From: Rotaria socialis
Lineage: Eukaryota
Reading direction: 5' to 3'
Assembly (NCBI GenBank): GCA_905331295.1
Contig: CAJNYD010000314.1
Location: 1 to 64,000 of the forward strand
DNA length: 64,000 bases
Under the pieces are notes generated by a model. It worked only from the letters and a program-made list of their open reading frames with translations. It ran no database searches and was not told the DNA's origin. The first letter of the stretch is position 1. Each line of letters begins with the position of its first letter. A program made the translations under genes and the position numbers. Below are positions 1-13,622 of the stretch, one piece after another.

Positions 1-3000
1 TAGACTTGCCGAATAGAATAATTAAAATACTTATTTTTTATTGGTTAGTTTACTTTTAAAAAGTGATGACCGTTGTAGTTTGCTACGACTGTTGCATCGT
101 AGATGCGAACCTAAGTCCGTCACAGTGAGCGCAGAGATTAGTGTCAATAGCAACTGCGCACACTACGCCGCATTTATGCGTAGTTATGCTGTAAATCAAC
201 CACTGCGCGTATCTACGACGCAGCCTAGAAAAAATGAGCGGCATGGGGATGTAGAGAAATAGAAGATCTACATAAATACCTATCCTGATGCCCACAAACA
301 CAAAAACTCACACAGCACCTCTTTCCTTAAGTTCAACGTATGTCAAATTTTTCATACAAAAGTGGATTTGAATCGCGGAGAAACCGTGCAGGTGTATCGT
401 ATACTTTTTTCTACGCTTTTTCTTGAATGACTAAATGAAAAGAACGCAAAATAGTGAATTGTGGTGATCGAAAACGAAAAATGAATTTTTCAAGGTTTTG
501 ACCCTTTACGCCCGGCTGTTGCCAAATGGCAACATACAGTCATTCAACATAGTAGCACCGTTCAATTTTAAGAAATAGTTTTTTGATATCTCTATGGCAG
601 GATAAGAAAATATATGCAGAAGAAGAGTTTTAACTATGTCGCTTCTGGAAGCCGGCTGGAAAGGGTTAAGTGTAAATTGTTTACATTCATAAAAGTCAGC
701 ATCAATATAAGTAAACATATTTGGTTTTTTATTTGAATGATTGAATATTAAATATTTATTTATTTTTAGGCTAAGGAATTTTCAAGATTTAATAAAATTT
801 ATGAATTTTAATCGTCAATTTTTTAATCAACTAGTGCAAATGATTTTTACATTGGTGTAAATTGTTTACGATGAATCAAATGTAATTTTTACGCAACGGA
901 TTAAGACAGTCACTGATTTAAACTAATCTTAATTATGGTTTAATCAGCGCCAAGTCTCACTACATGGAATCGGCTAACTGAAAAATATGATCCATATTTT
1001 ACTTTGCCCAAACCAAATTCGACGGGATAAATCGGACAAAATTTGTATCATATAGGGATCTTAATGTTACTAAAACCGTTTCAACTAGCATTTAGGCAAA
1101 ATTTCGTTGTTGAGATCATCGCGTCACAAGTAGAAGTTTTTGCAGTAAATGACATATAATTTGATAAAAAATAGGAATTTTTGTTCAATCTTCTCAACAG
1201 AGATAGATTACAAAAATTTTTCATGTTTATTTAGATGAAAGTTTCTTACTTCGTATTCTCAAAATTGAAATTTTAACATTTGTGATCCTAAATATTCAGA
1301 CTGTCATTTTTGTTTCACTTCATTAGAATCACACGGTGTAATAGATTTTTACGAAAATTATCTCTCTTTAGTCGATAATCAAAGCCGCACATTTTATGTA
1401 ACCATTTATTGATTTCTTTTTTTGTCTATGAACAATAATGAATTGTAAAGCTGTCCTTTTAGTTTTCTTCAGAAGTAGATTTTTAATTTAAAATACTTTT
1501 CATTGACTCATAAATATATGTTCATTTAGTTGTTTTTATAATCAAAATTGTTTACCATCAAATGAAGATATTCAATATATAATTTTCGTTATTTTCTAGT
1601 GAAAAATGTATGTCACTGTCATTGAATTATAATATTTCTAAGTCATTCTCATTGATGAAAAATTACCTTAAGCACACGTATTGTACTGTTTTAAACGAGA
1701 TGCAAAAACACGGATGTTAAAATCTTTGGTCTACTTTTACTCAATAAACCAAGATTATTATATATTTGAAAAGTAAATACAAAAAGTCAATGTAAATGAA
1801 AAAAGTTTAATTGGAACAAAATAATCTATAATCTATATCGACTACCATGTTATTTTTCATTTCTTTAAAACCACACTTCAGAATTACAGGCTTATTTCCT
1901 ATTAGCAAACTATTCATTTTTTAGATTCGACATTTGCAAAATCAATATCTAAGGAGAAGAGATATTTTCAAACTTAGAATATATACATTTTGATGTCGTT
2001 GATATGAATTTATCTGATTATTATTCAGTTATTTTTGAGAAAAATTATAATCGAATAAAACTGCAAAGCTTATGGTTATCTCACTACTCATCATCATCAG
2101 CAATACTAGTATGCATTTGTTGACATCGAAATCTCATGAAAAAGCCATTCATCAGCTACTGTATAGATTTTCATTACCTGAAAATATTAATGCATTGTTC
2201 AAAAGCCAATCAGACCAAAAACATTTACGTTAGATGACGAGAAAGAAACGAACGGTAGGCGCTGAGAGTTCTTTGCATTTTGACATGAGAAGTATTGCTC
2301 TGGCAGGTCTATCTTTCCACCAACCCGCTATTTTTCGTCATTGCAACATGTATCCAATCATGAAAGATCCGGTACCTCTTAAGTTAGTAAATTGTAAATG
2401 GCATTTTACGAAATCTTTTTTTTGGAGTTTTATGTGCAAGCGTTTAAAAAAACAGTATGATATTGACTTATAAATCTAGGATTAGTTTAGAGCGATAGAG
2501 AAGAGTTTGAACTACTGGTTGGGGAAAAAATCACAAACTAATAAATTATGAATCTCTCAAAAACTGTGTTCTACAGAACACAGCAAATAGCAGGGATTAT
2601 ACATTCGATCCAACAGGGGGAGAATGCAAACATGAAAATAGGTGACCAAAGCTTTTTTAAATGCAAAATAAAAAGTTAAAGCAATTTTTCTGAGGCATAC
2701 TAAATTCCATTTTACACTTAGCCTCAGCTGCTTGATATTATAGCAGAAGAACATTTTCACTAACAAACTTAACTTTGTTGCCATATCATTATCAAAAACT
2801 AATGAGATTTGTTCAATTTCTGATTCAATAGTAGATCGATTTTGTATTGATATAGTGCCACGAATTCATTAAAATGTCAACTCTCTTACTCTTTAATCAA
2901 TTTTTATGAAATGTATTCTTCTTACAGCCACCTATCCTCATCTTACTGATTCAACAAATCAATGGTTTCACCATATTTTCCAAATAAGAAATTCGCATAT

Positions 3001-6000
3001 ACACTTCATTTGTTCAAAGAATTGACATAGCACAAGATGAATGTACCATCAGGTATCAACGATTGTCCACTTTTATCGATGCATTATTTATCATCAACAA
3101 CTTTTACCTCTTCAAGGCTTACTAAATTATGTATCAATGTTATTAGTTTTAATGATTATCTTGCTTTACTTGATGGTCGTCTCAAACAATAAGATTCCTA
3201 AATTATTAAATATATTTTTATAGTTATTTTGATATGATTTGACATTAATCACTACTTATTTTTGAAGTAGTCAATCAACCATTTGTTGTTATAAAATAGA
3301 ATTGTTTCCTATTATATCTATGTTAAAAGAAATAAAACTCACAGTTTTTTTCAAAAATAAGCAAACGAATTAGCATACAGATGACACTATAAAAATAAGA
3401 TATCAATTTCAAAGAGGATGTATAGAGAATAATTTGAATTATTCCTTCGATAATAGATGAGATTTTTATCATCTTTAGTTCAAGTTGATCAAATAATTTT
3501 TGTTATTTAATAAAAAAAAAAAGATAATCGAAAAAAATGTAACTTTCAGGTTTTAATCCTGAATTATTTCATCTTATTAAAATATCAAATTTTTCGACAG
3601 GCATTTCAAGACTCGCAGATTGGAAAAGGATGAATAAATTTATGGTACTTGTAAAGTAACAATTCATCATATCCATTTACATTGTAATTCCATAAGATAT
3701 TACTCATAATCCATAAATAAATCTTTCGTGAAACCTCGATCGGACATTATCTGTAAAAGAAAACAAATTACTCTTTGAATAGAAAATGGTTTGATAAGGC
3801 TAAATTCGCCTTTCTAAGTTTGTTCAAGATGTTCTGTACATTTAATTATATCCCTTGATTAGAAAACATCTTATATTTAAATCAGATTAACAAGTGTTAC
3901 GTCGACGATGTCCACACATAAAAATTGACATGATTCTCGTAAAATCAGATAATAATTATAATCGACAAATGTACGATCCACTAATAGTAATTTTGCTTTC
4001 TATTTGTATTCGTTCCAATTTTGTTTTCCATCACTCAAATAAAAGCTTCGTCCTAAACATATAGGATTTCATGATATCAATTTTATTATTCCCTTGAAAG
4101 GGAATAAAAGAAAGAAGTAGATTCGTTTTACATGCGAATCAGAAGTGAACAATAGTGAAACTGGCTGAATAATTGATTCTTGTTTTTTATTCTCTGACAC
4201 TAGATTTCTCAATCCTTTCATGTGTAGTGTTGGAGAAAGTAAAAGTCTTTAGAGTAATACTTCCTCGTCGTGGCAATATACATACATAATCAAATAGCTA
4301 TACTTTTATATTTGACAAAAAAGGCCGATTATTTCATGCGAGAAGATTTCATTTCGAAAAATATTAAAAATACAAATAAAATAAATTTTACTATTACTTG
4401 TAAAAATACAGAAACTAACTGTTCGAGTTCTATTATAAAATATTCCTTAGTTTTTATTTTTATTTCTACTTCTACACGTGGAAATGAGTCATCTATTAGA
4501 AGACATAATCTTCTGTTAACAATTAAATAACATTTGATACAACATGGCAACACAATAGATTTTCTTTGTTCCATTGTTGATTTTTGACATCGAATTGAGC
4601 CGGTAATGTATTGCTACCTCGACCAGCAACTTTTCCCTTGAAATATTAAAGATAACACATAAATTTACTATTTGATCATCAACAATCAATGCTGTTAGTC
4701 CAATATAAACTGTATCTGACGTTTTTGAAAAAAACATGTAACATGATCATTGGAATATATTTAGTTCAACAAAACTTTTGATTAGATCTCTTTTAAATTG
4801 CCGTTGTAAAATAGCAGATGAAGATGTTTGAGTAAAACGTTTTTATCGGTACGTTTAAGTAAATTTGTTTGTCCTTCAGTGAAAAAATGATACATTAATA
4901 ATAACATTAAATGTCGATTAAATCGATAAACATCACGTGATACACGCGTTCAAATGATCAATAAATATTTGAAAACAGTTTAATTTATACACAATATTTC
5001 GTCCTTCAATTTTGTTTTGATTGAAGTGGTATTATTATTTGCTGCCGGTGATAATGATGATTTTGTTATAAGACGAAGAACATAGAAGAAAGTAAATTTG
5101 ACAGTGGACGTTATTTATGTAGGACCTGTATTCCACACATTGACACAATCTGAAGCTAAACATAAATTTAGGAAACGAATATCCATTGATTTTCTTATGC
5201 ATTTAAAATATTTTACGAACCTTTTCAAGGTTCTTCAGTTAGTGTTGTCAGAAGAAGAATAAGAAGAACATTTAATAATTGAATATCAATGAAAACTGAA
5301 GTTGATAAAAAAATGATTTGCTAAAAATTTTCTAATCTATCATAATTATTTTCTGAAAAATAAGCAAGAAGAGAAATGCTTCATTAATCATATCAAAATT
5401 TAATTGAAAAATCAGTCATAAATATTGAACAATTTTTGTATACATGTAAAACATATTATCAAGAAAAAAATGATATTCATGCGTTGTTACATTTCGATTC
5501 ACTTAGGGTTGGAGTGAACGAACTAAGGTGTGGGTGTGGGTATGCGATGGAATCGTGAGGGGTAAATAGAGAATGCACACCCACACCCTCGTCTTTGGGA
5601 CCAAGTTGTTCGATAACAAGGTTGCATAATGCAGGCTTTACTTAGTTACAAATTTCTTAGATGAAAACCAGATGAATTTTCAAAACGATGGTCATCAGCA
5701 GTTATAGGGTCAAATGATTTTGCATTTAATTGCTTCTTGGAAAAACCTCTTACAATTTTCAGCTGAATACGACAAGGTTTACAATTAATTATACAATGTG
5801 CTAGTTACTGTACGCTTACTTGAATAGAATTCTAGCTGGTAACTCCGAACAAATTTTCAACGCTTGCACGACATTGCTGGCATGCTTGATGTAAATTACA
5901 GGTTTACATCAACATATATTTTATGCCTTAGAATTTACATACTATCTACATCATGGGGTATGTAGAGGCACTTCATGAAACGAGTTAAAGTGCAATATTT

Positions 6001-6959
6001 TACGAAATCAACCTGGTTTTATGCTAAGTTTGCCTTAAGCAATGAAAGACCACTCATGGCTAGCCATTCGTTTTAAGACCCTAAACATACATATAATATA
6101 TCTATCAGTATCACTATCACCATCATCAAGTCGCGCAATTTTGAAACAGCGAACTACGAAAAGTCACTAGCACAAAATACCAACAGCTGTAGTTCCTCAA
6201 TTCATCATACTCTTGCTTTAACTCGAGAAATCATTAACCAATAATTACACCCCTAACATAAACCACTTATTTTCTCTCAGATCCATAATATTTCTCATTT
6301 TAGACTGCTGATAATTCGTATATCCTTCTCCGAATTATGAATGGTTTTCAGGCAACTTTCACTTTCTGACCACTTTGTTTCTATTCTCAGCAGCTCTTCT
6401 TTTCATACTGTGTTTTAGATTTCGAGGCAATAATCTTTCTTTACCAAAACATCTCCGACAAAGTTTCGCAAAACTGATACAGTATTCAAATTCCTCGACT
6501 CTGAAAACATTCGGTAAAATTTTTAGAAAAAGTTGCTCTACTAAAAAAATTGGCAACCAAAAATTTATGGAAATAAATATTTTCTCAAAAAATATATCTT
6601 TTACAAAAAAAGGATCCTTGTAAGAATAGCTCAAAAATAATGACGAATTCCAGATCTCCGACACCAATAACCTATAGTTAGAAAGACTTTAGCAGCTATT
6701 CTGAGGATTTCGAGGAGTTCTTGTATCTGCGTTTCTATTGGACGAACGAACGAACATACATACGAACATACAAACGTACGAATGAACAAACAATCACCAG
6801 TTATTTGTTTCTAATTCACAATCAAGGGAATAATTTATTTAGTGAAAAAAACAATAAAAGATTCTAACATTTCTCAACAATAAAGCCTAGTTAAATATTT
6901 TATTCAAAAAAAAAAACTTTCTCACTACAACAAAGCAAATGTGGCACAATCGCGAAATA

Positions 6960-7400
6960 ACAACTCATGGGGTTCTGGATGAAATATTGAGTACGTGCGT
7001 GTGCAAGACCTGTATCATATATTGTTGGTGAGTTACAACAAGGCCTTTTGTACATAGTTTGAGGAACATTCCACTCAATCTCTTCATGATCTTCATCAAT
7101 AATGCATAGATTGCGTAGCCCTGTAGCTGCTTTTATGAAAGTAACATGGTATTATCCAAATTGAACTCCATCTTTTTGTGCAAAACACGAAAAACTATTC
7201 TTCAGTAAACCAAATGCTCGCTCCGTAGTATAACAGCATCGACATAGCTTGTAATTAAATATTCCGTTCTCATTTGGAGTATTTGAACGGAGCGGATATA
7301 TGCTTTCATTAGAGTTCCATCTTGTAAAAGCCGAGTAAACAATTTAATGAGACTGGAATTTTCCATTATTAACCTTGACATAATCATACATTGTTGAATC
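6960..7400 (-). pseudogene. Decayed PIF/Harbinger (HARBI1-like, DDE_Tnp_4) transposase, C-terminal part
   Basis: Manual translation across frameshifts and stops gives VNNGKFQSH*IVYSAFT..TLMKAY..TPNENGIFNYKLCRCCYTTERAFGLLKN(R)FRVLHKKMEFNLDN..IKAATGLRNLCI. This matches the Harbinger pattern DSAF..LMKPY..FNxxLSxxRxxVERAFGxLKxRFR..LHN. Boundaries approximate. Confidence 0.8.
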
Positions 7401-8563
7401 TGATAAGAATGTATAATTCATTGATGGATTTTTGTTGGTCACTTTAATTTCATTTAGATCTTGTTGAAAAAGTTGATTTACATTTATTATCTTTGAATTA
7501 GTAACTAATAATGTAGTTCATTCAAATTAGACATAGAATCTGATGGAGGCAATTAGTAGGGATGATAATTCTGACTATGAAAAAGGAAAAACGTTTCCAA
7601 TACGAACAAAAAACAACAGAAAACATCGAATTGATACATTAAACATATTGTATAAGCTAGTAAAACAATGAAAATTTAGAAATTTGCACAACCCAGTTGA
7701 ATGAATCCGATACCGTATCCGATCGAATCTCTAGTGTTAGGATTTGGTTATAAATATTCGTTTATTTTATTTGTAACGGAAGTAACAAAAAAAAGAAACG
7801 GCAATCGAGGATAACGAAAAATGATAACGATAATAAACGAACGACGTAGTCGCTCCACTTGTGACGGAGACGACTCGATAACCTCACATTTCTCTTCTCT
7901 CTGGTCTCTTCTATTCTGCATATACTAGATCATCGATCCATATTTATATATACTTCGAAGACGAATCAAATAGAAAGAGAAAAAGGAAAATCACATAGAG
8001 GTCATTGGGACGATAAATATCATCCCATAACAGCTAGCGTTAGAATCCGGCAAATATCCGACAAAATCCAACAGCCGAATTCCGATTGAATCCAGCTATC
8101 AGATTGTTCGTCCTAGATCTGTCGCAGCAAATTGTTACACCATGTGTTGATTTTGTTTTATTTAATTTTGGAAGTCCGGAACAAATCATTGTAAATTACC
8201 TATTAATTTTGTTTCTGACTCATAAATACTTGTTTCACATAATATTCTTATTTGTAATTTATACTTCCTCAATTGTTTAATAATAAGTTGTTACTTATAG
8301 TAATAGAAACAAGACCGTACATTCCATCTACCAAAATACACTGGTTTCTGCGCATTGAAGCACTTCTTCGATGTCTTTTCATTAGCCAGTAAAGTTTAGT
8401 GTCCTACTAAGATGTGGCTACCCTAAGGATAAGACAAGAGGCTACCGGCAGCACAGGGTCGTCTACCTACTGTTGTTAAACTGTAGAAAGTCCCTGTGAA
8501 AGTTCGAAAACCTTCCCAGCAGGCTCCATTATGTGTAACCTCGTGTTTAAGAAAAAAAGCAAA

Positions 8564-8809
8564 CCCAGGTCGAACATTCCGGCCACCGGATCCTGTAGGA
8601 TACTCCAAGAAATATGCGGGGAATTCACCATACCATACAGGAAAACACGGGAAATCGCTGGAACATGGAAGCAGTATTTCGGTCAAAAATACGGCCGGAC
8701 TTTTCTGGTCGATTCCTGCCAAATTCCGGTGCTTTCCGGCAGAAATTGATCGGAAATCACCGGAACTACCCGGAATCGACAGTTGCCAGGCCGGACTGTT
8801 CGGCCTAGG
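8564..8809. mobile_element. MITE-like non-autonomous element (~246 bp), superfamily unassigned
   Basis: GC-rich island. Left end CCCAGGTCGAACATTCCGGCC versus reverse complement of right end CCTAGGCCGAACAGTCCGGCC (18/21 match). Internal CCGG-rich subrepeats. No convincing TSD. Confidence 0.75.
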
Positions 8810-9902
8810 TAATGTAACTGTTTTTCTATAGTTTCTTCATAAAATGTAGTGTGACCCCCAGGTGGCTCACATCGCCGCGAAAGAATTAATAGAAAATAAA
8901 AATTTATTTTGTTATCTAGGCTATTGTTCGATGCATATAGTGGCATGCGCCATTTATTTCTATCAATTCAAATTTTTTTCAGGCAATTCAGTGGCCGCAA
9001 AAGTGCTAGCGCATGCGGTTCAGATGAAAAATGTTGTGAGCCAGCTTGTGGATGCGCTAATAGATACATTAAAGCTTTAGATAAGCCAGGACTTTAAAAT
9101 TCTCTTTGAAAAAAATTCTTCGCACTTCTTCGTTCGCAATTCATACGAAAACAATAAAATCGTTCGATTTTTGATGAATTTTTCCATTTAAGTTTTTCCA
9201 AGAACATCTTAGTTATAAATATAATATGCACTTAATTTGAAACAAATTGATGATTTGATATTTTAAGATTATCAGAAGCTCATGAGACATGTTTGTGCGA
9301 TGTAAATTAGCTAATCAATTAAGTTTGATAGTTGCTATACATTGCAGATTCACTGATACAACTTCGTCATAATAAACAAAGCTTAACAAGTTCGATCAAA
9401 CATTCATAGAAATCAAGTTCTTGAAAATATTTCAATGATTGAGTAGTACTCAAGTGATTTATAGTATTTTAATTAGTATCTATATTCAAAAATTCAATAA
9501 TAAAGTTAACATTGTTTATATACAGTTAAATTAATAATTTGAATGATCATCCATAAAATATGATATTGATTAGATGATAATTTATCACAAAAAAAATATG
9601 AAAAATAATAAATATTTGAAACTATTCTAAAATTATTACAAATGCTGGAAAATAAAACTTCTATTAACAAAAGAAAGCCAACATTTAAACAGACAATTTA
9701 TAGGTGAAAGAATGGTCCGCACGAAACTTGGCCACCGCGAAGATAGGTAATAGACTAGCACTGTGTGATTTTATATACGTGTTTTGTGAAATCATTTGTC
9801 TAATTTCATGCAAATGAAGTTCATACATGGCTACAAAAGAAACGAATTCTTGTTGTTTGCTTTCTGAATATTGCATTTTAATTCCATCGAATAAGAAAAT
9901 GT

Positions 9903-11981
9903 TCATTGTATATTTAATGATACACGTTTGATATCTTTGTTAATTTCAATTAAATCAGGATGTTCTGGTTTGAAAACTTGTTTACGAATATGAAGTGCTT
10001 TTTCATAATGCATTTTAGCTTCAGTAAAATCCCTCGTAACTTCATAAACAACACCGATATTTTTAAGTGCTTTTGCAATTGAAGGGTGTCGAGGAGTAAG
10101 AGATTTTTTGAAAATTTCATACGATAATTGATATTTTTCTAATGCTTGTCCATATTCATGACGAAAATAATGTACATTACCAAGATTATTGTATGTATTA
10201 CCCAAACACGGATGTCCATCAGGAAGTATTCTCTGTTTAATTTTTAAAGCTTTCTTAAGATATTGTAATGCTTCGGAAAAGTTTTTCTCTTCTAAGTAGA
10301 TGATACCTATATTGTTATAACACCAAGCTAGATTTTCATGATCATCTGCAAATGTTTGCTTGAAAATTTCTAATGCTTTTTCGTATGATTGCAGTGCTTC
10401 TTTGATTTTACCTTTCTTTTGATAGACTTCACCAATACTATTATGGATGTATGCAAGTCTAGAACCATTTGATTGTCTTTTCTGTAGAATTTCAAGCGAT
10501 TTAAAAAGATAAATTAAACTTGTATCATACTCTCCTTTTTCAAATGAAACTTTTCCAAGTGCATGATAACATTTATAAGTGTCTTTATGTTCAGACGATA
10601 TTTGTTTTAATAATCGACACAAATATTTCTCAGCATAATTAAAATGAGCCATATCAATAAGAACATTTCCAAACAAAGTTAATTTAGTGCTACTCGAATC
10701 ATATTGATTTGTCATGTGCGAAAAGATCGTTTGTAGTTCGCATTGATTATCACTACATAAATTCATTTCAATATGCCATATTTTATTATTGTCACAATAG
10801 ATATTTTTCAGACGAAAAATGGATCCTAACATTATTAATATTTCTTCTTCTTGCTGAAACACACTAATTTTTGAAATATCAGCAAATGGTTTAATACTGT
10901 CTTGACGAGGATCAGCATCAATATCGAATAAAACTCTTTGAAATTTATCATCACTAGTAGATGAATCGAAATAGATAAGAGCTAATTTACAATTACGGGT
11001 TGTCGATAGAAATGAATTCATTGAAATCAATTTATTTTTTGAATCTTTCAATAAATTTAATTCTTCAATAGACATTAGTTGAGCTCGATAGACATGAATG
11101 GGCGATGAATGTTGAAGTTGTCGAAGTTGTTTTTCAAGATCACGAATAAAAAAACCGAAATAAAAGAGTAGATCAATATCCTGAACACGAAGTGCTTTAT
11201 TTAATAAACGATAGAGAAATGTTTCTCTTGTATACCACCACAATGAAAAGTTTGACGAATAATCGTGTTCGAATTCATCAACGAAATGTAGTTGTGTTTT
11301 ATCATCTTTATAGAGTTCTCGACATTTATAGATAAACTCTTTTTTATCTGTTGAAGTCGTTTGCATTTTAAGAAGCGAAGCAATTAATAATTGTGATTGT
11401 ACAAATTGACCATCGATTTCAGTTGTGGATTGTTCATGATTATTATTTGAGTTGCAAATACTGATTAACATTGGTTGATCGCGTCTATCTTCAATTCTTC
11501 TGGATCGATCAAATCGTATTCTACTGATTACATCATCAAACTGATTATAACCATATTTTAGCTAAAATAACAAATACAAATTAAATCAGTAATAGCATTA
11601 TAAGAAAATAATAATAATTACCTTGCTATACAGTTTATACCGTTGATAATCATACTGTTTATATTCGCCATATAGGTAAATCGAAAAGACTTGTGGCAGA
11701 CCATGAACTTCAGGTATTAATTGTTGACAAAAGTCATCATTGACAATTACTATAAATCGATGTTGTGAAGACACTGATTGAATATACTTTATACATTTAT
11801 CAACTTCGTCGAATGTTTGTAAATAGTTGATCGATAGTTGAAGTTCTTTTTGTTTATCTATATATTTTGGAGAATTGATTAAACTATCGAGCCAAATAAA
11901 ATTATACGCTCCAAAACGATTATCTTTCCATGCAAACGATAGGACTTTGTCAGATGAAGATGATTCAAAAACAGATGTCAT
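9903..11981 (-). CDS. ADP-ribosyltransferase (R-S-E type) + TPR repeat protein, ~672 aa, 2 exons
   Basis: Exons 11981-11622 and 11561-9903 with a 60-nt GT-AG intron (11621-11562) join in frame (..LYSK|LKYGYNQ..). ART motifs VYRAQ, FLSTT and QQEEEIL. About six TPRs (e.g. AWCYNNIGIIYLEEKNFSEALQYLKKAL). Confidence 0.85.
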
Positions 11982-12464
11982 GAATTCGATTTTGTTTCTT
12001 CTTTGATTGATAAATACATCCAACACAACCAATCAAATATACAGCTAAATAATCTTTTCAATCGAAAGCTAGTAGTCACTTGGAAAATAATTCTCATTCA
12101 TTAAAGAAGAAAGTCTAAAGGTAAAAAAATTACAATTGTTTCGAAGGCATACATATGAAGTATTTTTTTACACAAGACAATGAACATATTTTAATCGATA
12201 TAAATAGATATTTTCCATGTTCTATCGTATTTTTGGTGAGATATAAAATATTTAGAAACATTTTAATGTAGCGAACATTTCAACTATTACGATTCGACTA
12301 AAAATTAAACCATTACAGGTGAAAAAAAATACAAAAGAAAATCATACATTCACAAAACATAGTCTAACCTCTTGATAAGATCGTGCAAAATTTTGTAGAT
12401 TCTTGAAACTTAAAAGCGAGACCTCTCAACTGATTAGCTAAATGTGTCTTAAGACTATGTGAAT

Positions 12465-12768
12465 CAGGGGCGGCGGCGCGTCTCATTAAGCTAGGTGAGG
12501 CTCATAATATTTTTTTTCTAATGTGGAATTTTATGAAAGCATCAAGCAGAAACTAAGTCTTCTTTTTATTGAACTTCAGCAAAAATAAAAATGGTCAGTA
12601 TAAAAAAAGAAGATTGGAAAATACAAAAATATACTTTTCTTTGCTCCTACTTTGATGCAAGAATAAAAATAGCAATAATCAGTACAAAAGCAAATGAGGC
12701 TGAGCGTCATCTTGCGAAATCTAGGCGAGACTCAAGCCTCATAGGTATCAGTGACTCCGCCGCCACTG
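12465..12768. mobile_element. hAT-like MITE (304 bp)
   Basis: TIRs CAGGGGCGGCGG / rc CAGTGGCGGCGG. 8-bp TSD atgtgaat (12457-12464) / atgtgaag (12769-12776). Confidence 0.8.
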
Positions 12769-13603
12769 ATGTGAAGTATATAGACTCAAGGGAAAAATGA
12801 ACGGATTAGTAAGAGTTTAGATTGATCGACTATTGATGCTATGATACTGTATTTCTAATGTGTTTTGTGGAGCTCGTGCATTGTTTTTCGAAGAAAAATG
12901 TTCACTATCTTAGAAGTATGGGTCTACACGTATGAATTACTTCAAATTATCTTCACATTTATGTCGATATTATTTTCTAATTGTGCGATTTTGGATTAGA
13001 CTAATTACGTCTGTATGTAGATAAATATTGCTTGGCTTCGATTGCTCAGTGGCTTCTATTAACAAAGTCTGATCAAATTCATAAGAACTCAACTTGACAA
13101 AAAGATCACCTTGTGAATTTACTCATGGGAGTTAGTCAATTACAGTCAGATTTCAATACATCTAGATTTACTGATATCAATAAAAAATATTTTAAAAGAG
13201 TCATTTTGGTCAAAAAGAAAAGAAACTCCACACTCGACTTCAAGGCATTGAGTATACAAACGTTTGTTTTCGTCCTTTTACTACAACAAAAAATAATCTG
13301 TCTGCAACTTAACAAGTAGACGAAAGAAAATAGATCGAAATTGATATCTAGGTGTGAAATCGAAATTGAGGCTAAAACAGAAGAGACAAAGTTATCCACT
13401 CTTTACTTAGACTAATAATTTAGCGTTGATTCTAAACAAAACAAACGGACAGATACCGCTATTTTATGTAGAAATATTTCTTATCTCGGTTTATTTATTG
13501 TTCTTAACACAATCCTACATAACAAATGCGACGGGAGATAATATAGATGATTTTTCCACGATATAGTTTTTTGTCTCATCATAAGCATTTCTAGAACTAA
13601 GAG

Positions 13604-13622
13604 TATATATATATATATATAT
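13604..13622. repeat. (TA)n microsatellite
   Basis: tatatatatatatatatat read directly. Confidence 0.9.

Noticed and set aside
41..2784. Short ORFs in the first 3 kb
   Set aside because: No motifs, many use non-ATG starts, and they are consistent with chance ORFs.
2800..5300. Protein-like minus-strand fragments with occasional splice-like sites
   Set aside because: No consistent frame or family could be assembled; it may be a very old pseudogene but is unsupported.
5504..6256. TAGGG-starting segment with GGTGTGGGTGTGGG / CACACCCACACC and a Cys-rich broken frame
   Set aside because: End match is weak, there is no TSD, and the peptide is unrecognisable. It is not a telomeric array.
8423..8946. 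Several overlapping ORFs on both strands
   Set aside because: They result from the GC-rich MITE at 8564-8809 having few stop codons.
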